Part shown: one piece after another, positions 53,996 through 64,000 of the stretch
How positions within the stretch are numbered: position 1 is the stretch's first letter
Layout: every line of letters starts with the position of its first letter
From: Pecten maximus
Lineage: Eukaryota
Direction of reading: 5' to 3'
DNA length: 64,000 nt
Assembly: GCF_902652985.1 (NCBI RefSeq)
Contig: NC_047025.1
Coordinates: 12,090,001-12,154,000, forward strand
Made by a program: the position numbers and the translations under genes
Notes under the pieces: model-generated
Seen by the model: only the letters and a program-made list of their open reading frames with translations
What the model was told of the DNA's origin: nothing
Database searches by the model: none

Positions 53996-55194
53996 TCTAG
54001 TTCAGTTGTTCAATTGGTACCCCAGGAACTGGTCATCAATATTGAGATCCGTTGAGGATATATCGGAAGCAGCTGCTTGGTGTTGAGGACATATTCCTAT
54101 TATAAATGATGGACGATGTTTTAATTGTGTAGAACACGGTCGGTTTCCAAAAAACTTCATATGGTGTTTACAGAAAAACTATGTAATACACAACCAGTTC
54201 CAGTTAAGCAACATTCCGCAAAAATCCGTCATAAGTCAAGAATAAATAAGACAAACGAAATTAACAATATCGTCGATGGAACCGTTTAACTCCAAATATG
54301 GTGTACCCTTTGTAAATACTGAACACCTCGGTTTATCAAAACCTGACTTAAAAAATAACAGCACTGACGAGGATGACCATGTGTCGTCTGCCACATAATT
54401 GTGTTTTGATTTGACGATAAACGTTTTCAAATTTTCTAGCGTGGATGATATCTATACAAGTTATGAAACGCACGCATAGTGTTTTTTTTAATGTTAATGG
54501 CCTTGTACAGATGTCAATATTTATAAATGCCGCCTCCATTAAAACAATAGTTTAGTACATGAACGTTTTGAAGTTTTTTGTGTATGTAAGTAGAACAGCT
54601 GTCACATAGATTAATACATAATGTGGGGCACATATACTTTCTGTACTTGATTTCCAACGGTAATTATTGTTTTTTTTCGAAACATGCCAGGTCGCTGTGA
54701 ATTTGTATGTTTTTTTTCCTTTTGTCAAACTTTAATCGTCATGTGATAAAATTTCCTGAAAGATCTATTCCATTGTCTCCTACTTCCAACACTGGTGAAT
54801 CCAGTAGTATAATGCAATTCCAAAAAAAAAGTAAGGTGCATGTTCTTTTGTTGAAGTTTACAACCCATTCGTTTCATCTGATTTACTATAAATTTGGATG
54901 TTTTCAGGAATGGCGATATATTTCATCCGCCTACTAAACGTCTTTAATGCTCCCACATTTTTTTTATTATATCTCTGAACTCCTAGGAATGAAGATAAAT
55001 GTATCTCTATATGGAAATATATGTCTACAATCTACTGTAATCCTCAATAGAAAAAGATGTGCATGATCACCATCTGTACTTCACGTCATATCAACCATTG
55101 TTTTCTGTCATAGGTGACATCAATGTGGAACCAACTAAATATTTTCTTGCTCTCAACTTTTCATTTACTTTTGTCTCAATACCTATTTAGGGAA

Positions 55195-55427
55195 GGGGAC
55201 GCGGTGGCTGAGTGGTTAAGGTGTCCCGACACTTTAACACTAGCCCTCCACCTAGTTCGAGTTGCGAGTTTGAAACCTACGTGGGGCAGTTGCCAGGTAC
55301 TGACCGTAGGCCGGTGGTTTTTCTCCGGGTACTCTGGCTTTCCTCCACCTCCAAAACCTGGCACGTCCTTAAATGACCCTGGCTGTTAATAGGACGTTAA
55401 ACAAAAAACAAAAACCAAAAACAAACC
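55195..55427 (+). mobile_element. Full-length tRNA-derived V-domain SINE
   Basis: A box GTGGCTGAGTGG, B box GTTTGAAACC, V core, shared tail, (CAAAA)n. Confidence 0.9.
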
Positions 55428-56455
55428 TTTTGAGGTTTATACCCCCATACTCCTCAGCATAACTTTATTCAATCCTTAATTAAGTTCATTGCATATCATC
55501 TTATTCGACGAGCAAACACATTGGACTAAGTGGAAGCTTTGACAAAACTAGCACGTTGAAATGAAATGAAAATCAAAATATTATCTTCACGTGGTAAACG
55601 TGAATTCAGGATCGTTTCAACGCGCTAAGAGAAAATTGTTACAAAGACCAGCGGTTGCCTCCCTTTATACGGTTGACATTTCTATTAAAGACGATAGTAA
55701 AGTATGGTCTCAATGCACTTTACCAGGCTTACTCACCAGGACTAACAGAAACTTGAGAAAGAATAAGTGAAATGGACCTACTGAAAAATACGTTATGAGA
55801 AAGGGGTGGGGTTGCCTGAAATCTCACTCGGTATATTTTCAGACTAATAGAATCTCACGTGAATAAGATCCGATGAAGCGTGGTTCAATCGTGACATGTA
55901 TATACCCGGGGAACAAGGACTTTGCACGAATTCCAAACCCACGGCTATATTCATACAAGTATATACCTTTCAACAAAACAAAGCCGATCATTGACAATTT
56001 ACTACTTAAAATATACTGCATATGTAGAAGACAATTGTTTTTGTGTAATCGCATATTCTCGGCCATTTCAGTAAAGATTCGGATTCATTTTGAGGTTTGG
56101 CAGAAAGGGCCGACATGTTTCGATTACGTACTCGAAAGCGACATATCATTGGCACTTTCCATACAGAGGGTTATAAGAAGGATTGGAGTTGGAATCTTCA
56201 GAGTCAAAACCTAAAGAGAAAACCAAAGATAAGGTTTAATGATTTTGTCAAAGTGTCAAACTGTATAATGTAAATTTACATCAAGCAACCGTTCCGAGAT
56301 TTCGACATCAATATGTTTGGAGACTGTTACTCGTGATGCTTCCAGAACATTCCCCTTCGACGTCGGCTATCAGTAACTATCATGTCTAAAGGTTTAAAGC
56401 CACCGACTATCGTCTTTGATGATAGATATTTTGGTTTATTGCGGCTAGTATTTAC

Positions 56456-56604
56456 CACAGGCGCTTGCATAGAAAATATGACTTTCAATTTGTTTTTGAT
56501 ATGACAGTGGTATGTGTAATCTGCACAGCTTAACAGATTACACATACCACTGTCAAAAAAAAAAAAAAAAAATGAAAATAACATTTTCTATGCAAGCGCC
56601 TGTG
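56456..56604. mobile_element. Second copy of the CACAGG foldback MITE (opposite orientation)
   Basis: Same TIRs; 8-bp TSD GTATTTAC at 56448-56455 and 56605-56612. Confidence 0.9.
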
Positions 56605-57422
56605 GTATTTACCAGTGTTACATTAATTTTAGGCGATGGTAAATATCGGTGAGATTCAGCTGAATTCATTAATCAATTTATCTTACAATAATGTTTTTAC
56701 GTTGCTTATACATGTATGACTTTAACATCTCAGACAAGCTATCTCATGTTACACGCGTATCGCTTTATCTTCGACATGCGTTTGGTCCTTTCTGTAATAA
56801 TGAGCGGAAGACACCAATGTTAATTACCTCGTTATCACCCGTTTGAAGAACTCCGCAGGGATATCCGCTAGGTCGTTTGTTATTCCTTAAAAATGAAGAT
56901 AAATTGGTGCGATGGGAACGTGTCTTCAGCGACCGATGTGAGCGACAATCTATTTATTCTTAATAAAATTTCTGCCCCTCGGCTCCTAATACTGGAATAT
57001 TGAAAGACAGCCATTCTATCTTAACAGATTATTGATTTTCGTAGCAAAAGGAAGTGAGGTAAACAATTAACAAGGTATATCATATCTAATCATCTGTAAG
57101 TTCGGAGAGGTTAAAACGTACATATTACATATGTTTATTATATTTTGTCTGTGAAATATAGAAAATTATCAAAGTATTATAAGTTCTTTTCACTGTAGTT
57201 TATAATGGTCGTTTGATTAATATTATTAATTTTGTTTTTAATGTATCTTTATTTTTTATAGCGTATTAGTATTTTGAAATGAGCACGTATCCAGATCAGC
57301 TGACTCGATCGGTTGTCATTTCGACAGATTGGCCTCTAGGTACTTTCCAGTAGGCAGGTGGAGAACAATTTTAATAACAACATTTTAATAAGTTAAAAAA
57401 AAAAAAAAATTAATAAAAGAAA

Positions 57423-57587
57423 ATTTAATGGTTTGCCTTTAATATAAGATACATTGTATATTTCACTCGTATGGCAGATTTTTTTTATATATATTTTCAC
57501 GAGTGCGTAGCATGAGTGAAAAGATGCAAAATAAAAATCTGCAATACTCGGGAAATATATTTGATATTAAACGGTAAACCATTGAAT
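57423..57587. repeat. Imperfect palindrome / foldback element
   Basis: ATTTAATGGTTTGCCTTTAATAT...GCAGATTTT...TTTTCACGAGTGC is mirrored by GCATGAGTGAAAA...AAAATCTGC...ATATTAAACGGTAAACCATTGAAT. Confidence 0.65.
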
Positions 57588-58311
57588 ATCCTCTTTATAT
57601 AATCATGTGAATGAATGTACTGTACACTGTACGACTAGCGACACGTATATATATATATAAGGTCAATACAGTAGTCTTTAACAGATTAACAACCTAATTA
57701 ACGACGTTTAACTTTCCCTCTCTGTGTAGTAACATTTCAACCTCACTTAATTAATCTGGAGTTTAAACGTCACGGTTCATCCGCTACATTAACATGATTT
57801 TCTGGTAATATGCTGCTTATTGATCTGTTCATTTCTAAATCGAGTTTGATTTTCACGCGGTATGCAGTCGCCCAAAGTGTAGTCTACGTCACGTTCAGTA
57901 TCATTTTGTGCGTGTAGTTCAAGCGCACTAAGCAATCCTAGCACTCCCGGTGTGACCTGTAATGGTGACATGGCACGTCGCCACCTAGCAGTCTATATTA
58001 CTTCCCAGACAACTTTGGTAAACCAACTTATTTGTATAATAAGCTTATCTACTAGGTGTAACAACATACAAATGGAAGGAAGCTAGGGAAATGAGAGGAT
58101 GTTTATGTATTTCACATTAGAATTATAAAATAATTGGCTGGTTGACCTGGTGACAGTCTAGATATATCGTTAGCCGTGACGTAAAAGACAGTAATATGAC
58201 TGTCGATGTCATTACTGTGAGTCTGGCTTCGGGACTTTGACCGTCTGAAAATACGTTGGTACATGTATCATTGTCTGAAACGTTAGCTTATGATAACGTT
58301 TGCAGAGACAT

Positions 58312-58503
58312 ATGTATGGTGGCTCCATAAATGGCCAAACAAATCTCGCATTCTCTCTCTCTCGACCTTAGGTCGAAAACGCGGGAAATTGCGACGGCAA
58401 TCGCATTCTCGCGTTTTCGCTCCCTCGCCGTCGTGTTTTCGCATTCTCGTGAGAGAGCGAGAAAGCGAGATTTGATGTGTAGTTCTAACGCTCCCTCATA
58501 CAT
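58312..58503. mobile_element. Degenerate MITE
   Basis: Outer ATGTATG / CATACAT and inner CAAATCTCGCATTCTC / GAGAAAGCGAGATTTG inverted matches. Confidence 0.45.
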
Positions 58504-60494
58504 ATATAAGACAGTTGTTGCCTTTTCGATTGTTATCAATTGCTATATTACAAATGAAAAGTTTTATGTTAAAGATCTCAAAGATCTACCCACCATGTTT
58601 TCACTGGGAAGACGAGGTGGCGGGGTATACTGTAGAATTAGAAGATGGACAGTAATAATATCAGCTGCAAATGAGAAATGCGGAATTCGACAGGCGTAAA
58701 CTTTTGTTAGATGAACAGGCACACACATTATTAAAAGTATTTCTAAGACTTCAGTATGAAAGTATTAATCGAAAGAAAACAACAAACAAATGTGTGTTAT
58801 AGGAGTGAATCAAACCGGCTAATCCAACTTCCGACTTCCAAGTTTGGACTACACGGTTTAAAGACAGCAGTTGAAAATAAATTCGAACTCTCCAGTAGGA
58901 AGTCAATAACTGAAATGCTACGGGGAGTTGTTACCATGTCGCTAACGCATCTAAGCTACAGTATAGCCCGTAGAGTTGTGAGACAAAGATAGTTTAAACG
59001 CAGAATAACTTAAATAGTTTTCAAAGCTTATAAGCTGGTTCCAGCAACCGGTTGCAAAGCTTGATAAAAACTTGAGAACTGGAAAGGATTGCCGTTATTT
59101 TAGGCATGAAGAGCATTTCAGAAAAAAACAGCGTGTGTCAGGATCCACACACACAAACAAATTATGTGTGAATATGATAAGAATACAGGACTATTATTAC
59201 GACTGGGCGGGCGACATTATCATATAGTAGTACTATTTAGGAAGCGCCTATGCCGTACATACATAATACAAAATGTACATGTGGCCTGAAGCAAAAACCG
59301 TATAATCTTACAGGTTTATACGTGGCACCGTTGCCCAGTGTTTGCTAGCCTAGCTTACATTATAGATTCTTGTTGACCGATGTCGGTTTTTCTTAGCAGA
59401 AAGGATAGGCTTTTAATGATGCAATTTAGAGTGTGCTTACATGTCGATTAGAGTGCATAGGAATGTGTACCCTTTAAATGTACTGAATAATAAATATACA
59501 TCTGTGCAATACAGATTTAGGGTCCTTTTAGGACTCGTGGGTGATGTTTTGGATATCATCCTTCTCGGGTAACTCATCGGTGAGGATAGGGACATCATAC
59601 AGCTGTTCCGCCTGTTTAGGGCGCGTCAGAAATGTTCGGGATATCATAAATTTGTTTCGTCCTTCAAGGACTCGTCACTGGTGTTAGGGGCCTCATACAA
59701 CTGTTGCTCTTCTAAGACTTGTCAGTGAGGAGAGGGACTTCATAAAGCTGTTTCGTCTTTCTCAGTCTTGTCTCCAGACTTGCCAATGCTGTCAGGGACG
59801 TCATAAAGCTGTTTTGTCCTTCTATGACTCGTCATTGAGGAGAGGGACATCATGAAGCTGTTTTGTCCTTCGCATGTTAGTCAGTGATGTTAGGGAAAAC
59901 AGACACAGCTGTTCTGCCCTTCTAGGACTCGTCAATGAGGTTAAGGAAGTCATAAAGCATCTCTTTATTTCAAGGACTCGTCACTGTTGCTAGGAGTCAA
60001 AAGTGTAACAATTTCAAGAGGAACTTTCGAAAATCTAAATCTTTTTCAAGCAGATTTTAAAACACAATAGAGGTGAGGTAACCGCTTATTGAATCAGTTT
60101 GGAAAAGTCAGCATCTAACACCTGTGCAAGCTATTGCGGTTACCATTTCGGAATGTGTTTGATGGCAATATCTATAAGTACCTGATATTTCTCTGCTAAA
60201 TGATGATGTCATCATCAGAAATCAATTGTATTTTGACGGTGATTTCGACGATTATTATATGTTGACCACGAAGATCATCTCTGGACTCCTGTTGTAATGC
60301 CAACTTACCTCATTATTCATTAGTTTTAGGTATAACACTATCTGCTTTATGTTTTCACTTCTTGTATATATGATACGTGGCTTACTAACGAAAATCAATC
60401 TCGTCTGTTTATTTGACTATCAGTCTAATGGTCGACATTTGTCTGCCGTTTCGTCAAATCACACCGCGATAACGCGAGAGCCGATCGTGTTGAC

Positions 60495-60720
60495 TTGTTT
60501 GTTCGTTTGTTTTTGTTTAACGTCCTATTAACAGCCAGGGTCATTTAAAAACGTGCCAGGTTTTGGAGGTGGAGGAAAGCCGGAGTACCCGGAGGAAAAC
60601 CACCGGCCTACGGTCAGTACCTGGCAACTGCCCCACGTAGGTTTCGAACTCGCAACCCAGAGGTGGAGGGCTAGTGATAAAGTGTGGGACACCTTAACCA
60701 CTCGGCCACCGTGGCCCCTG
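60495..60720 (-). mobile_element. tRNA-derived V-domain SINE with 12-bp TSD
   Basis: TSD GATCGTGTTGAC at 60483-60494 and 60721-60732. Confidence 0.9.
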
Positions 60721-63606
60721 GATCGTGTTGACCCGACATCGATCCCCTGTAACATGTTAAAAAGCATAACAAGAATTATAATGTCGTGGTAGTCGTCGTT
60801 GTAGTCAATGCTTGCCGAGTGTACTCTTCTTTCTGGCGATTAATTGGCAGATCAATTCATCCATTGAAACCGATATACGTATATATAAATTTACCTACAT
60901 GTAGTGGTCTCGATGTCACTCCCTTTATATTTTTTAAATTATATCCACGTAAATAAATCTTTCATTTATATTTGGAATAAGAGTACATGCCATAATTTGT
61001 GTTAATAGTTGGTCGCTCAAATATATAATGTTAATTCTAAAATCCATCATAATGCTATCGAAAGATGATTTAACTGTTCATTATCGTGTTTTGAGCTGTC
61101 ATTATTTAATCAAATGCATATCAAATTGGCCTCATTACCTTTCTTGCAGAATTAATTTCAGTCCATTGTTTACCCATTTGAAGAATGATCTAAATAGTTA
61201 TCTATTCTTATAAGCTGTTTCCAGCAACTGGTTGCAGAGCTTGATAACAACTTGAGAACTGGAAGGGATTGCCGCTATTATAGGCACGAAGAGCATTTCA
61301 GAAAAAGGTCAGCGTGTGTCAGGATCCACATACACAAACAAATACTGTTTGAATATGATAAGAATACAGGACTATTGTTACGACTGGGCGGGCGACATTA
61401 TCATATAGTAGTACTTTTTACGAAGCGCCTATGAAGTACATACATGTGGCCTGAAGCAAAAACCGTATAATCTTATTGATAAATACAGGTTTATAAGTGG
61501 CACCGTTGACCAGTGTTTGGTAGCCTATCCTGCATTATAGATCCCTGTTGACCGATGTCGGTTTTCCTTAGCAGTAGAGGATATGCTTTTAATGATGCAA
61601 TTTAGAGTGTGCTTACATTTCGATTAGACTGCATACGAATTTGTCACCTTTGAATGTTCCGAATAATAAATATACATCTGTGCAATACAAATTTAGGGTC
61701 CTTTTAGGACTCTTGGGTGATGTTTTTGATATCATCCTTCTCGAACATTTTATCAGTTAGGATAGGGACATCATACAGCTATTCAGTCCTTTTAGGACTC
61801 GACAGAAATATTCGGGACACCATCAAGCTGTTTCGTCCTTTTATGAATTGTCAATGATGCTAAGGACATTGTAGGACTCGAAAGCCGTGTTGACCAGACA
61901 TCGATCTCCTGTAACATGTTAAAAGGCATAACAAGAATTATGATATCGTTGTAGTCGTCGTTGTAGTCGATGCTTGCCCAGTGTACTCTTCTTTCTGGCG
62001 ATTAATTGGCAAATTAATTCATCCATTGAAACCGATATACGCATATATTATTTTACCAAGTAGTCTCGATATTACTCCCTTTTTACTTTTTAAATGGTAT
62101 CCACGTAAATTAATCTTTTATTTATATTTTGAATTAGAGTACATAACACAATTTGTGTTAATGGTTGGTCGTTAAAATACATAATGTTAATTCTAAACAT
62201 CATTATACTGCTATCGAAAGATGATTTAACTGTTCATTATCTTGCGGTGACCTGTCATTATTTAATCAAATGCATATCAAATTGGCTTCATTACCTTTCT
62301 TGCAAAATTAAATTCAGCACATTGTTTACCCTTTGAAGAATGATCTAAATAGTTATGTAAGCTTATAAGCTGGTTCCATTAACTGGTTGCAGAGCTTGAT
62401 AACAACTTAAGAACTGGAAGGGATTGCCGATATTATAGGCATGAAGAGCATTTCTGAAAAAAAAAACAGCGTGTGTCAGGTCCACACACTCACAAACAAA
62501 TTATGTGTGAATATGATAAGAAAACAGGACTATTGTTACGACTGGGCGGGCGACATTATCATATAGTAGTACTATTTAGGAAGCGCCTATGACGTACATA
62601 CATGTGACCTGAAACAAAAACCGTATAATCTTATTGATAAATACATGATAGATTCCTGTTGACCGATGTCGGTTTTCCTTAGCAGTAGAGGATATGCTTT
62701 TAATGATGCAATTTAGAGTGTGCTTACATTTCGATTAAACTGCATAAGAATTTGTGACCTTTGAATGTGCCGAATAATAAATATACATCTGTGCAATACA
62801 AATTTAGGGTCCTTTTAGGACTCTTGGGTGATGTTTTGGATATAATCCGTCTCGAACATTTTATCAGTGAGGATAGGGACAACATACAGCTATTCAGTCC
62901 TTTTAGGAAACGACAGAAATATTCGGGACATCATCAAGCTGTTTCGTCCTTTTAAGACTTGTCAATGATTCTAAGGACATTAAGCTGCTTCGTCCTTGTA
63001 GGACTCGCCAGTGTTGTTAGGGAATCCATACAACTTTTCTGTCCTCCTCAGTGAGGAGAGGGAGATAATAAAGCATCTCTTTATTTCAAGGACTCCTCAC
63101 TGATGCTAGTAGTCAAAAGTGTAAAAATTTCGAAAGGAACTTTCAAAAATCTAAATCTTTTTCAAAGAGATTTAAAAAAAAGAGGTGCAGTAACCCTCAA
63201 GTTGAATCAGTTTGGAAAATCATCATATAACACCCATGTAAGCTATTGCGGTTACTTTTTCGGAATGTGTTTGATGATAATATCTATAAGTATTTGATAT
63301 TTCTCTGCTAAATGATGATGTAAGCATCAGAAATCAATTGTATTTTGACGGCAGTTTCGACTATTATTATATGTTGACCACGAAGATCATCTCTGGACTC
63401 CTGTTTTAATGTCAGCTTACCTCATTTTTCATTAGTTTGAGGTATAACACTATCTGTTTTATGTTTTCACTTCTTGTATATATGATACGTGGCTTACTAG
63501 CGATAATAAATCTCGTGTGTGTATTTGACTATCACTCTAATGGTCGACATTTGTCTGTCGTTTCGTCAACTCAAACCGCGATAACTCGAGAGCCGATCGT
63601 GTTGAC

Positions 63607-63830
63607 TTTGTTCGTTTGTTTTTGTTTAACGTCCTATTAACAGCCATGGTCATTTAAGGACGTGCCAGGTTTTGGAGGTGGAGGAAAGCCGGAGTACCCG
63701 GAGAAAAACCACCGGCCTATGGTCAGTACCTGGCAACTGCCCCACGTAGGTTTCGAACTCGCAACCCAGAGGTGGAGGGCTAGTGATAAAGATTCGGGAC
63801 ACCTTAACCACTCGGCCACCGCGGCCCCTG
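63607..63830 (-). mobile_element. Same SINE insertion, duplicated with the tandem unit
   Basis: TSD GATCGTGTTGAC (63595-63606) / GATCGTGCTGAC (63831-63842). Confidence 0.9.
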
Positions 63831-64000
63831 GATCGTGCTGACCAGACATCGATCTCCTGTAACATGTTAAAAGGCATAACAAGAATTATGATATCGTTGT
63901 AGTCGTCGTTGTAGTCGATGCTTGCCCAGTGTACTCTTCTTTCTGGCGATTAATTGGCAGATCAATTCATCCATTGAAACCGATATACGCATATATAATT

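Larger units (their letters stand above)
59011..64000. repeat. Tandem kb-scale duplication: units start at 59011, 61191 and 62346 (third runs off the window)
   Basis: TAAATAGTT...CTTATAAGCTG..TCCA..AAC.GGTTGCA and long downstream blocks recur three times. Internal degenerate ~45-bp subrepeats at 59520-60000. Confidence 0.9.

Noticed and set aside
55195-55285. tRNA genes at SINE heads, and the SINE-derived ORFs (55114, 55176, 60528, 60553, 63637, 63650)
   Set aside because: They continue into SINE core and tail and are dispersed repeats; the ORFs are incidental.
61252-61434. Protein-coding gene in the kb-scale tandem unit
   Set aside because: The frame is not preserved in the other two units (indels in the A-run) and the start is not ATG.

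Overview
Eukaryotic, AT-rich, intron-containing DNA; the SINE, CR1 and MITE repertoire suggests a bivalve mollusc (inference). Contents in order: (1) the last five exons of a receptor-type guanylyl cyclase (237-3023). (2) A tandem cluster of four-exon genes encoding signal peptide + PAN/Apple domain + C-type lectin domain (QPD/WDD): a decayed copy (~9174-11208), intact copies A (14468-19434) and B (21947-28112), and copy C (39508-48699). Exon 3 of copy C is split by a young 5.8-kb CR1-type LINE with an 11-bp TSD, an intact 1139-codon APE-RT ORF and a 2A-like DIESNPGP motif. (3) A 30-bp minisatellite spanning ~9.3 kb, with 1109-bp and 1998-bp higher-order repeats. It is interrupted by an antisense truncated LINE whose 5' junction carries a 20-nt exact copy of lectin exon 2. 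(4) An 84-aa small membrane protein gene (53741-53995). (5) A kb-scale tandem duplication at the right end. The rest is SINEs, MITEs of several superfamilies, a HERO-like relic and smaller tandem repeats. No prokaryotic system or CRISPR array is present. All calls were read by hand; no database searches were run.
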